Below are positions 1-9,634 of a stretch of DNA of 64,000 nt, piece by piece. The first letter of the stretch is position 1; each line of letters begins with the position of its first letter. The stretch is from Escherichia coli (GTDB taxonomy: Bacteria; Pseudomonadota; Gammaproteobacteria; Enterobacterales; Enterobacteriaceae): NCBI RefSeq assembly GCF_050920415.1, contig NZ_CP169309.1; one strand, 5' to 3'. The notes under the pieces were generated by a model, which was not told the origin of the DNA, searched no databases, and saw nothing but the letters and a program-made list of their open reading frames with translations. Made by a program: the position numbers and the translations under genes.

Positions 1-230
1 GAATCGCTTTCAGAAAGGGTTTTTAAATAAATGTCCTGCACTACCCAGGTGGCAGGATAAGCAATGATCGCTGCGGTAATAAATACCCAAATTCCCTTCA
101 AGCCAATTTGTACTGGCATCAGCACGGTTCCGGCACCAATCGCCATGCCTATGCATAATAAAACCCAGCCGAAGTCGTAGCGTGTAAACGGCATTTTCTG
201 ATCGTGTTTCGGTAGTGTGTTGTGCTGCAT
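1..230 (-). CDS. yhjV: Putative transporter YhjV, N-terminal part only (runs off the window start)
   Basis: Minus-strand ATG at 228-230 opens a frame reading [41 protein letters not shown]..., hydrophobic and transporter-like. Position next to ldr/bcsG matches K-12 order. The listed ORF 10-387 (-) is in a different frame. Confidence 0.6.
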   Translation of the reverse strand, partial: MQHNTLPKHDQKMPFTRYDFGWVLLCIGMAIGAGTVLMPVQIGLKGIWVFITAAIIAYPATWVVQDIYLKTLSESD

Positions 231-588
231 AAAGTCCTGTCCAGAAAGAAGTCGGCCTCGCAAAAATGAATAAACCCAGTTTCTCTTGCGCAACAGGTGG
301 AGAAGTCGAATACGCAGTATGTAAAAAATGAGGCAATAGATTCACTGGGGAGGTCGCGAGGAGGCGCAATTCTACAAAATTGCGCATTTCACTACCAGTC
401 TGGAGTCAGCCCGGATATGAACTGCAACTATTGCAAATAAAGAAATTAAGCTGGAAGGCATCACGCAATGAGGAAGATTGCCGGGTGCTGACGGTAAAAA
501 GCAATCGTAAAATCAGCGGCAAGCCGGAAAGGTTCCGGTGAGGCGCAATGTTGCGGGGGCTTAATCCCTGGTGGCATTGGTTGCTGGA

Positions 589-657
589 GAGAGAAAACCC
601 CCGCACGTTGCAGATATTCACCTGACAACATCACGGGGGCTAATCTTGAACCTAGAC
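589..657 (-). ncRNA. rdlD: Rdl antisense RNA, antitoxin of ldr (unit 1)
   Basis: Reverse complement gtctaggttcaagattagcccccgtgatgttgtcagg...gcgggggttttctctc matches my recollection of RdlD and ends in a GC stem plus U-tract. Ends are approximate. Confidence 0.45.
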
Positions 658-705
658 CACTCAAGAATAGCCGCGAAACGTTGTCATTACAACACAGGCG
701 GCTAT

Positions 706-813
706 ATGACGCTCGCAGAACTGGGCATGGCCTTCTGGCATGATTTAGCGGCTCCGGTCATTGCTGGCATTCTTGCCAGTCTGATCGTGAACTGGCTGAA
801 CAAGCGGAAGTAA
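706..813 (+). CDS. ldrD: Ldr-family type I toxin, 35 aa (unit 1)
   Basis: ATG at 706; MTLAELGMAFWHDLAAPVIAGILASLIVNWLNKRK. Small hydrophobic peptide with basic C-terminus, matching LdrD. Confidence 0.85.
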   Translation: MTLAELGMAFWHDLAAPVIAGILASLIVNWLNKRK

Positions 814-863
814 CGTGTCAGACGGGCGTCAGGCTGCCGTAATGGCAATTTGCGCCCGGACCA

Positions 864-895
864 GGCCGCAGGGATAAAACTCTGCGGCCTTTTTC
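864..895 (+). terminator. Rho-independent terminator of ldr unit 1
   Basis: Stem ggccgcag...ctgcggcc followed by tttttc. Confidence 0.6.
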
Positions 896-1071
896 GTAAG
901 AAAAATGCAACGGTTGCAAGCGGATAATATTCTGCGGAATGCGCAGCACAGAGTGAAGAAGTGATGGATTCTGGAACAGAAAAACAGTCGTAGAATCAGC
1001 GGCAAGCCGGAAGGGTTCCGGTGAGGCGCAATGTTGCGGGGGCTTTATCCCTGGTGGCATTGGTTGCTGGA

Positions 1072-1140
1072 GAGAGAAAACCCCCGCACGTTGCAGGTAT
1101 GCACCTGACAACATCACGGGGGCCATTCTTGCATCCAAAC
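1072..1140 (-). ncRNA. rdlD: Rdl antisense RNA (unit 2)
   Basis: Same position in the repeat as unit 1. The 5' part differs (ccattcttgcatccaaac variant). Confidence 0.4.
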
Positions 1141-1188
1141 AATACAAGAATAGCCGCGAAACGTTGTCATTACAACAGAGGCGGCTAT

Positions 1189-1296
1189 ATGACGCTCGCA
1201 GAACTGGGCATGGCCTTCTGGCATGATTTAGCGGCTCCGGTCATTGCTGGCATTCTTGCCAGTCTGATCGTGAACTGGCTGAACAAGCGGAAGTAA
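1189..1296 (+). CDS. ldrD: Ldr-family type I toxin, 35 aa (unit 2)
   Basis: ATG at 1189; peptide identical to unit 1. Confidence 0.85.
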   Translation: MTLAELGMAFWHDLAAPVIAGILASLIVNWLNKRK

Positions 1297-1346
1297 CGTG
1301 TCAGACGGGCGTCAGGCTGCCGTAATGGCAATTTGCGCCCGGACCA

Positions 1347-1378
1347 GGCCGCAGGGATAAAACTCTGCGGCCTTTTTC
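1347..1378 (+). terminator. Rho-independent terminator of ldr unit 2
   Basis: Same hairpin plus T-run as unit 1. Confidence 0.6.
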
Positions 1379-1555
1379 GTAAGAAAAATGCAACGGTTGC
1401 AAGCGGATAATATTCTGCGGAATGCGCAGCACAGAGTGAAGAAGTGATGGATTTCGACGAACAAAAATGGCCGTAGAATCAGCGGCAAGCCGGAAGGGTT
1501 CCGGTGAGGCGCAATGTTGCGGGGGGCTTTATCCCTGGTGGCATTGGTTGCTGGA

Positions 1556-1624
1556 GAGAGAAAACCCCCGCACGTTGCAGGTATGCACCTGACAACACCA
1601 CGGGGGCCATTCTTGCATCTAGAC
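1556..1624 (-). ncRNA. rdlD: Rdl antisense RNA (unit 3)
   Basis: Same position in the repeat; approximate ends. Confidence 0.4.
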
Positions 1625-1672
1625 CATTCAAGAATAGCCGCGAAACGTTGTCATTACAACAGAGGCGGCTAT

Positions 1673-1780
1673 ATGACGCTCGCAGAGCTGGGCATGGCCT
1701 TCTGGCATGATTTAGCGGCTCCGGTCATTGCTGGCATTCTTGCCAGCATGATCGTGAACTGGCTGAACAAGCGGAAGTAA
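1673..1780 (+). CDS. ldrD: Ldr-family type I toxin, 35 aa (unit 3)
   Basis: ATG at 1673; MTLAELGMAFWHDLAAPVIAGILASMIVNWLNKRK (L to M variant). Confidence 0.85.
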   Translation: MTLAELGMAFWHDLAAPVIAGILASMIVNWLNKRK

Positions 1781-1830
1781 CGTGTCAGACGGGCGTCAGG
1801 CTGCCGTAATGGCAATTTGCGCCCGGATCA

Positions 1831-1862
1831 GGCCGCAGGGATAAAACTCTGCGGCCTTTTTC
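1831..1862 (+). terminator. Rho-independent terminator of ldr unit 3
   Basis: Same hairpin plus T-run. Confidence 0.6.
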
Positions 1863-2038
1863 GTAAGAAAAATGCAACGGTTGCAAGCGGATAATATTCT
1901 GCGGAATGCGCAGCACAGAGTGAAGAAGTGACGGATTCCGGAACAGAAAAACAGTCGTAGAATTAGCGGCAAGCCGGAAGGGTTCCGGTGAGGCGCAATG
2001 TTGCGGGGGCTTTATCCCTGGTGGCATTGGTTGCTGGA

Positions 2039-2107
2039 GAGAGAAAACCCCCGCACGTTGCAGGTATGCACCTGACAACATCACGGGGGCTAATCTTGAA
2101 CCCAAAC
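2039..2107 (-). ncRNA. rdlD: Rdl antisense RNA (unit 4)
   Basis: Same position in the repeat; approximate ends. Confidence 0.4.
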
Positions 2108-2155
2108 AACTCAAGAATAGCCGCGAAACGTTGTCATTACAACAGAGGCGGCTAT

Positions 2156-2263
2156 ATGACGCTCGCAGAACTGGGCATGGCCTTCTGGCATGATTTAGCG
2201 GCTCCGGTCATTGCTGGCATTCTTGCCAGTCTGATCGTGAACTCGCTGAATAAGTGGAAGTAA
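2156..2263 (+). CDS. ldrD: Ldr-family type I toxin, 35 aa (unit 4, C-terminal variant)
   Basis: ATG at 2156; MTLAELGMAFWHDLAAPVIAGILASLIVNSLNKWK. C-terminus differs from the other copies (W to S, R to W). Confidence 0.75.
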   Translation: MTLAELGMAFWHDLAAPVIAGILASLIVNSLNKWK

Positions 2264-2313
2264 CGTGTCATGCGGGCGTCAGGCTGCCGTAATGGCAATT
2301 TGCGCCCGGATCA

Positions 2314-2345
2314 GGCCGCAGGGGTGAAACTCTGCGGCCTTTTTC
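2314..2345 (+). terminator. Terminator of ldr unit 4, placed convergent with the bcsG 3' end
   Basis: Hairpin ggccgcaggggtgaaactctgcggcc plus T-run, immediately before the bcsG stop at 2350. Confidence 0.55.
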
Positions 2346-2349
2346 GTTC

Positions 2350-4029
2350 TTATTGCGGGTAAGGCACCCAGTCGCCGCCGTTCAGGCGAACGTACGGTTT
2401 ATCCTGGTATTGAATAACTACTGCATTTGAGTTCTCGGAGACCGGTGCTGTTTGTGGCAACCCACTGGTGAGTTTTTTCCAGTCAACATTGTCTTCGGTG
2501 AAAATCTTACCATCAAGAACGCGAACCACCAGATCGGAGATAGCCAGGAAGCTGCTCGGTTGGTTGATGACAATCGGTGCCCCCTGATGTGGTGCCTTCA
2601 TGCCGAAGAATTTCACCCCAACGGGGACGTCTGTGATAGACGGGCTAGGGATATCACGTAGGCCAGATACCTGCATTCTGTCGCCCTTCAGCGCGCCACC
2701 GTGTTCCGGCACCACTACCACCATCACTTTACGACCCGATTTCTCCAGTTCAGTAAAGAAGGCGTCCAGCTCATCAAAGAATTTCTGCGCTCGCGCTTTG
2801 TAATCCGCTGTTTTGCTGACGCCCGGATAATGGTTGCCGTCATGCAGTGGAAGCGTGTTGTAGAACGTGGCACTACGGCTGTTTTTATCTTTTTCGGTAA
2901 CGTCCAGCCAGCGGTTAAGCACGGCGGTATCGTCATAAACCGGCGAACCATCAAAGCCCAACAAAATAACCGGCAGATTTGTTTGATCCATCAATTCGGT
3001 CTGCATGCCGCCATTTTCGCGAACTTCTTTCAAAAAACCGCCGAACTGGCCGTTATGTCCCATCATCAGGTGCTGGGTAAAGCCCAGTTTCGACAGGTTA
3101 TCAAACAGATAGCAGTCGTTATTTGCCGGTTGATACAGATTAGTGTGCGAAGTCTGCCCGCAGCTGGCGCGCAGTAAACGGATCGCCGCCGGGCCACTGT
3201 AGGAGGTGGCGGAGTTAAAGTTCTTGAACTCAATATCGAAATGCGACCACAGCGGATGCGACATCAACCCGGCGGCTTCAATATCCGACCAGGAAAGCGA
3301 ACAGATATTAATCACCAGTAGTTCAAATGGCTGAGCATCAGCGGGCAGCGAAGACGGGAAGGTCGATTTACGTTTCGCCTCCGCGTTATAGAAATTATTC
3401 AGCCAGGCGTTAAGGTTCGCCGTTGTTGGCGGTGCAGTTTGTGCGGGCATATCACCCACTACCGGTGCGCCACCCGTCGCCGCAACGGTTGCCGCTGCGT
3501 TACCACCCGTCGTTGTTACAGTGGTCGTCGGTTGACCGGCAGGCCACAAGGAGAAACTTGGTCCCGCCAGGGTAAGTACGTTCAGCCATAGCAGAATGGC
3601 AACCACAAAAACGGTAATGCGAATCCATTGTGACAGGAATAACCAGGCCACTAATAAAACAAAAATGGCCCCAATCATCTGCCAGTTAATAAAGCGTGTG
3701 ACAAGGTCGATTAAATAATCGGTACTGAACCCCGCCACCTGCGAACCCTGGCTCATTATGCTTTCCGGGCCAGGCAACCAGGTGTCATGCCAGAACAAAG
3801 CAAAGCCGATCGGCAGGGCAATCCAGTGGCGTAAGCGATGCAGGCTGTAGCGCGGAATGGGCATCAGCAGAAACGCGGCAAACACCAGATTGAGGAGCGG
3901 ATGGAAGTTAAGATATCCCGCCCACAACAGGCCGAACTTAACCAGAAAATAGAAGTTCCAGCCGGAAAGGCCGCGCCAGTATTGCCAGAGGGAAGAAGGC
4001 ATGGCGGTATTTTGCGTAAATTGAGTCAT
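2350..4029 (-). CDS. bcsG: Cellulose phosphoethanolamine transferase BcsG (YhjU)
   Basis: 559-aa ORF with N-terminal membrane segments and a C-terminal sulfatase-like domain; length and position match BcsG. Confidence 0.9.
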
Positions 4030-4217
4030 TTTTTGGTTGCCCTGGCTTTTTCCGTGCGGCGTAACGTCCCGGCCGGTTTAACATAACGAGGTTTAGCAAA
4101 GAACAAACGTAAGGTGTCGCGAATGCGTCGCAAAGAGTGCCGCGCCAGATAGCCCAGCGGGAAAAATATCAGTGCGCAAACGACAATAATTTCAATGATA
4201 TCGCTGATGGTCATCAT
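4026..4217 (-). CDS. bcsF: Cellulose biosynthesis protein BcsF (YhjT), small membrane protein
   Basis: 63 aa, [27 protein letters not shown]...; overlaps bcsG by 4 nt. Confidence 0.88.
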
Positions 4218-5785
4218 GATGAGCGCTCCACAGCATCATCTAACAGTCGCATTGGTTCTGGTATTCTTCGCCAGTGGCGACCATCGTGCTCGGCATTGAT
4301 GACCGGTTTAGAACTTTGCGTTAAAGGCAGCGGCATGCCCCATTGTTCTGGGGCAAGCAGGCGCATCTGCACCAGCTCGGCACTGATTTGATCATCTTCA
4401 AACCAGACCATACGGTTTGAGAAAATGTCGCCAGTCGGCAATGGGAAAATATGATTCAACGCGGTATCCAGATCGTTAATCCGACAGAATGAGAGAAACA
4501 GCACCAGCCGATTACCGCCAATGGTCATGATATCGCCGGTACGGTTAGGGCGACACAGCGTCAGGGCTTGCTCAACGCGGATACCCGGTACCGGACGTAG
4601 GGCAACCAGAACGCCTTTACCATGTGCAGGCAAGAGAGGGTTATTCATCATGTTGTTAACGGCATTACAGAACACATCCCACTTCTGGAAACCACGCAGT
4701 TTGAGCGGCTGGGTCATTGACAGCAAGGTAGTGATATCTTCCGGCACATAGCGACTAAACTTCTGCCCTTGCACGCTTTCGATCATCGTCAGACAGCGGG
4801 AGAGTGGCGCATTCCACGGGATAACCATATTTGCACCGCAGGCCAATAATAAACGTTCATCGGTGGCGCGCAGGCTTGCAGTATTTTCCCGTACGAGGAT
4901 TTTCATCGCACTACCGCGCTGGCGACGCAGAGTATGAATGCTGCGGGCCAGTGGCTCGATTTGCGCATTTTGCTGTAAAGAAAAGACCACCGTCGCCGCC
5001 TGAGCTGTACGGGCTTCATTGAACAGAACTTCGTTATTGTTGAACAGTTGCCAGTGTTCCGATAGGGGCGGTGCACCTTCCAGTACAGCAACATTACTCA
5101 GAATGCGTTTTTCGTCGCTGCGTGGTTGGATCTCCGCCTCTTCGCTTTGAACTAATGTCCAGATACCATTTTGTTGCTGAACGCTAAGCTGCTGACGGGC
5201 GCTGACCCCTTTTTCGTTGCACCAGAAGGCAATATCCAGCAAATGTTGGTCGCCCTGAAAACGCAAACTGGCAAGACCAAAAAGTGAACGGTATTCCTCA
5301 AGCAACAATGAAAATTGTTTATCGTTATTATTTCCGGGATTAATTACCAAAAGCGAACAATGGTTTAACCTGCTCCATTTATTCATTTTATCCAACCATG
5401 AGCGAAGCCGCTCGGCAGGAATGTTTTGCCATGCGTTATTTGCGCAAACAAGAATAAAAAGGTAATTATTGGGATCAATAGAACACTGCAAATCACGGGC
5501 CAAATAGTATAGACCTTTTTCATGATTTAGCATTGAAAATAATTTTATTTTTTCCGGCCCTTGAGAATCATCTAATTGAAAGATTTTCGCCGGATCGCTG
5601 TCCATGCTAATGACCGCGACGTGTGCGGTTTCAGCCTGGGATGCAATTGTTTGATTCGCCAGACTGATAGCATCTTCATGGCGATCGACGTTAAACCACC
5701 AGACGCCGCCTGCTGGCATATGTCGCAGCTCATCCCATAATGATGAGATACCGATAGAGAATACAGGGTCCACAATGTCCCTCAT
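4214..5785 (-). CDS. bcsE: Cellulose biosynthesis protein BcsE (YhjS), c-di-GMP-binding
   Basis: 523 aa; overlaps the bcsF start by 4 nt; divergent from bcsR. Confidence 0.9.
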
Positions 5786-6056
5786 GTCATCATTTTGTCT
5801 GATTATCAGTTTACTAGCGAAAGCTAAGAAATAAACCTACCATTGAAATTAAAACTTATCAGATTTAGCATGTGAATCAATTTAGCAGGTCACAAGACGT
5901 GTGATTTTAGTCTTTTCGTTTTTAACTTTTTTTGTTGCGTAACGGAAAGTCAAAAAGTGAGCAAATTCCCGTCTCGCCGTAAACAATAAACCGGCGAAAT
6001 GCTCACGGTTAGAATTGTCTCATGAACGGTGCGGTTATTTCATAGGGATCAAGCAA
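5786..6056. promoter_or_regulatory. Divergent promoter region between bcsEFG and bcsRQABZC
   Basis: 271-bp AT-rich intergenic region between divergent operon starts. Confidence 0.5.
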
Positions 6057-6245
6057 ATGAATAACAATGAACCAGATACTCTGCCTGATCCCGCGATAGG
6101 CTATATCTTCCAGAATGATATTTTGGCGTTAAAGCAGGCATTTTCACTGCCTGATATTGATTATGCCGATATTTCCCAACGCGAACAGTTGGCCGCGGCA
6201 TTAAAACGCTGGCCGTTGCTGGCAGAGTTTGCGCAACAAAAGTAG
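6057..6245 (+). CDS. bcsR: Cellulose biosynthesis regulator BcsR (YhjR)
   Basis: 62 aa from ATG 6057, MNNNEPDTLPDPAIGYIFQNDILALKQAF...; the listed ORF 6015-6245 is an upstream extension. Confidence 0.85.
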   Translation: MNNNEPDTLPDPAIGYIFQNDILALKQAFSLPDIDYADISQREQLAAALKRWPLLAEFAQQK

Positions 6246-6256
6246 GGGATTGGTGA

Positions 6257-7009
6257 ATGGCCGTACTGGGATTGCAGGGGGTGCGGGGAGGCGTGGGGAC
6301 AACAACCATCACTGCCGCATTAGCCTGGTCATTACAAATGTTGGGAGAAAATGTCCTGGTGGTCGATGCCTGCCCGGACAATTTGTTGCGCCTGTCATTT
6401 AACGTTGATTTTACCCACCGTCAGGGCTGGGCCAGAGCCATGCTGGACGGTCAGGACTGGCGTGACGCCGGGTTGCGCTATACCTCGCAGCTCGATTTGC
6501 TGCCTTTTGGTCAGTTATCCATTGAAGAACAAGAAAATCCTCAGCACTGGCAAACCCGGTTGAGCGATATTTGCTCCGGCTTACAGCAACTCAAAGCTAG
6601 CGGGCGTTACCAGTGGATTTTGATCGACTTACCGCGTGATGCCTCACAGATAACCCACCAGTTGCTGAGTTTGTGCGATCACTCGCTGGCAATCGTCAAT
6701 GTGGATGCCAACTGCCATATCCGGCTGCATCAGCAGGCGCTGCCGGATGGCGCGCATATTTTGATTAATGACTTCCGTATCGGCAGTCAGGTTCAGGACG
6801 ATATTTACCAGCTTTGGTTGCAAAGCCAGCGCCGATTACTGCCAATGCTCATTCATCGTGATGAAGCGATGGCTCAATGCCTGGCGGCTAAGCAACCAGT
6901 CGGTGAATACCGCAGTGATGCGCTGGCGGCTGAAGAGATACTGACGCTGGCTAACTGGTGCCTGTTGAACTATTCCGGGCTGAAAACGCCAGTCGGGAGT
7001 GCATCATGA
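6257..7009 (+). CDS. bcsQ: Cellulose synthase-associated ATPase BcsQ (ParA/MinD-like), intact
   Basis: 250 aa; P-loop-like GVRGGVGTTT. Codon 6 is TTG (Leu); K-12 lab strains carry a stop here as I recall. Confidence 0.9.
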   Translation: MAVLGLQGVRGGVGTTTITAALAWSLQMLGENVLVVDACPDNLLRLSFNVDFTHRQGWARAMLDGQDWRDAGLRYTSQLDLLPFGQLSIEEQENPQHWQTRLSDICSGLQQLKASGRYQWILIDLPRDASQITHQLLSLCDHSLAIVNVDANCHIRLHQQALPDGAHILINDFRIGSQVQDDIYQLWLQSQRRLLPMLIHRDEAMAQCLAAKQPVGEYRSDALAAEEILTLANWCLLNYSGLKTPVGSAS

Positions 7010-9624
7010 GTATCCTGACCCGGTGGTTGCTTATCCCGCCGGTCAACGCGCGGCTTATCGGGCGTTATCGCGATTATCGTCGTCACGGCGCGTCGGCTTT
7101 CAGCGCGACGCTCGGCTGTTTTTGGTTGATCCTGGCCTGGATTTTTATTCCGCTGGAGCACCCGCGCTGGCAGCGTATTCGCGCAGAACATAAAAACCTG
7201 TATCCGCATATCAACGCCTCGCGTCCGCGTCCGCTGGACCCGGTCCGTTATCTCATTCAAACATGCTGGTTACTGATCGGTACATCGCGCAAAGAAACGC
7301 CGAAACCGCGCAGGCGGGCAATTTCAGGTCTGCAGAATATTCGTGGCCGTTACCATCAATGGATGGACGAGTTGCCTGAGCGCGTTAGCCATAAAACACA
7401 GCATCTTGATGAGAAAAAAGAACTCGGTCATTTGAGCGCCGGGGCGCGGCGGTTGATCCTCGGTATCATCGTCACCTTCTCACTGATTTTGGCATTAATC
7501 TGCGTTACCCAGCCGTTTAACCCGCTGGCGCAGTTTATCTTCCTGATGCTGCTGTGGGGTGTAGCACTGATCGTACGACGAATGCCGGGACGCTTCTCGG
7601 CGCTGATGTTGATTGTGCTGTCGCTGACTGTTTCTTGCCGTTATATCTGGTGGCGCTACACCTCTACGCTGAACTGGGACGATCCGGTAAGTCTGGTGTG
7701 CGGGCTTATACTGCTGTTCGCTGAAACGTACGCGTGGATTGTGCTGGTGCTCGGCTACTTCCAGGTGGTATGGCCGCTGAATCGTCAGCCGGTGCCATTG
7801 CCGAAAGATATGTCGCTGTGGCCGTCGGTGGATATCTTTGTCCCGACTTACAACGAAGATCTCAACGTGGTGAAAAATACGATTTACGCCTCGCTGGGTA
7901 TCGACTGGCCGAAAGACAAGCTGAACATCTGGATCCTAGATGACGGCGGCAGGGAAGAGTTTCGCCAGTTTGCACAAAACGTGGGGGTGAAATATATCGC
8001 CCGTACCACTCATGAACATGCGAAAGCAGGCAACATCAACAATGCGCTGAAATATGCCAAAGGCGAGTTCGTGTCGATTTTCGACTGCGACCACGTACCA
8101 ACGCGATCGTTCCTGCAAATGACCATGGGCTGGTTCCTGAAAGAAAAACAGTTGGCGATGATGCAGACGCCGCACCACTTCTTCTCACCGGACCCGTTTG
8201 AACGCAACCTCGGGCGTTTTCGTAAAACGCCAAACGAAGGCACGCTGTTTTATGGTCTGGTGCAGGACGGCAATGATATGTGGGATGCCACTTTCTTCTG
8301 CGGTTCCTGTGCGGTGATTCGCCGTAAGCCGCTGGATGAGATTGGCGGTATTGCCGTCGAAACGGTAACCGAAGATGCGCATACTTCTCTGCGTCTGCAC
8401 CGTCGTGGCTACACTTCAGCGTATATGCGTATTCCACAGGCGGCGGGGCTGGCGACCGAAAGTCTGTCGGCGCATATCGGCCAACGTATTCGCTGGGCGC
8501 GTGGGATGGTGCAAATCTTCCGTCTTGATAACCCGCTCACCGGAAAAGGACTGAAGTTTGCTCAGCGGCTGTGCTACGTCAACGCCATGTTCCATTTCTT
8601 GTCGGGCATTCCACGACTGATCTTTCTGACTGCGCCGCTGGCGTTCCTGCTGCTGCATGCCTACATCATCTACGCGCCAGCGTTAATGATTGCTCTGTTT
8701 GTGCTGCCGCATATGATTCACGCCAGCCTGACCAACTCGAAGATTCAGGGTAAATATCGCCACTCTTTCTGGAGCGAAATCTACGAAACGGTACTGGCGT
8801 GGTATATCGCACCACCGACGCTGGTGGCGCTGATTAACCCGCACAAAGGCAAATTTAACGTCACCGCCAAAGGTGGACTGGTGGAAGAAGAGTACGTCGA
8901 CTGGGTGATCTCACGGCCCTACATTTTCCTGGTATTGCTCAACCTGGTCGGTATTGCGGTCGGTATCTGGCGTTACTTCTACGGCCCGCCAACCGAGATG
9001 CTCACTGTCATCGTCAGTATGGTGTGGGTGTTCTACAACCTGATTATTCTCGGTGGTGCGGTAGCGGTATCGGTAGAAAGCAAACAGGTTCGCCGATCGC
9101 ACCGCGTGGAGATGACGATGCCCGCGGCAATTGCCCGCGAAGATGGTCACCTCTTCTCGTGTACCGTTCAGGATTTCTCCGACGGTGGTTTGGGGATCAA
9201 GATCAACGGTCAGGCACAGATTCTGGAAGGGCAGAAAGTGAATCTGTTGCTTAAACGCGGTCAGCAAGAATACGTCTTCCCGGCCCAGGTGGCGCGCGTG
9301 ATGGGTAATGAAGTTGGGCTGAAATTAATGCCGCTCACCACCCAGCAACATATCGATTTTGTGCAGTGTACGTTTGCCCGTGCGGATACATGGGCGCTCT
9401 GGCAGGACAGCTATCCGGAAGATAAGCCGCTGGAAAGTCTGCTGGATATTCTGAAGCTCGGCTTCCGTGGCTACCGCCATCTGGCGGAGTTTGCGCCTTC
9501 TTCGGTGAAGGGCATATTCCGTGTGCTGACTTCTCTGGTTTCCTGGGTTGTATCGTTTATTCCGCGCCGCCCGGAGCGGAGCGAAACGGCACAACCATCG
9601 GATCAGGCTTTGGCTCAACAATGA
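7006..9624 (+). CDS. bcsA: Cellulose synthase catalytic subunit BcsA (GT2 plus PilZ)
   Basis: 872 aa from ATG 7006 (MSILTRWLL...); start overlaps the bcsQ stop (ATGA); glycosyltransferase motifs. Confidence 0.92.
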   Translation: MSILTRWLLIPPVNARLIGRYRDYRRHGASAFSATLGCFWLILAWIFIPLEHPRWQRIRAEHKNLYPHINASRPRPLDPVRYLIQTCWLLIGTSRKETPKPRRRAISGLQNIRGRYHQWMDELPERVSHKTQHLDEKKELGHLSAGARRLILGIIVTFSLILALICVTQPFNPLAQFIFLMLLWGVALIVRRMPGRFSALMLIVLSLTVSCRYIWWRYTSTLNWDDPVSLVCGLILLFAETYAWIVLVLGYFQVVWPLNRQPVPLPKDMSLWPSVDIFVPTYNEDLNVVKNTIYASLGIDWPKDKLNIWILDDGGREEFRQFAQNVGVKYIARTTHEHAKAGNINNALKYAKGEFVSIFDCDHVPTRSFLQMTMGWFLKEKQLAMMQTPHHFFSPDPFERNLGRFRKTPNEGTLFYGLVQDGNDMWDATFFCGSCAVIRRKPLDEIGGIAVETVTEDAHTSLRLHRRGYTSAYMRIPQAAGLATESLSAHIGQRIRWARGMVQIFRLDNPLTGKGLKFAQRLCYVNAMFHFLSGIPRLIFLTAPLAFLLLHAYIIYAPALMIALFVLPHMIHASLTNSKIQGKYRHSFWSEIYETVLAWYIAPPTLVALINPHKGKFNVTAKGGLVEEEYVDWVISRPYIFLVLLNLVGIAVGIWRYFYGPPTEMLTVIVSMVWVFYNLIILGGAVAVSVESKQVRRSHRVEMTMPAAIAREDGHLFSCTVQDFSDGGLGIKINGQAQILEGQKVNLLLKRGQQEYVFPAQVARVMGNEVGLKLMPLTTQQHIDFVQCTFARADTWALWQDSYPEDKPLESLLDILKLGFRGYRHLAEFAPSSVKGIFRVLTSLVSWVVSFIPRRPERSETAQPSDQALAQQ

Positions 9625-9634
9625 TGATAACGCG

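Larger units (their letters stand above)
495..2345 (+). repeat. Tandem array of four long direct repeat (LDR) units, period about 483-484 bp, each carrying one ldr toxin ORF, one antisense rdl RNA and a terminator
   Basis: Anchor motif atcagcggcaagccgg (attagc in unit 4) recurs at 512, 995, 1478 and 1962. Near-identical ORFs and terminators in every unit. Confidence 0.9.

Noticed and set aside
10-387. 125-aa minus-strand ORF at the window start
   Set aside because: The yhjV-like transporter N-terminus reads in a different frame of the same strand (ATG at 228-230); this ORF is an overlapping out-of-frame artefact.
818-1147. 109-aa minus-strand ORFs recurring in each ldr repeat unit (818-1147, 1785-2114 and the shorter 406-621 and 461-664)
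   Set aside because: They recur only because the DNA is repeated. They span the Rdl RNA and the ldr leader and have no start context; more likely a GC-rich antisense frame than genes.
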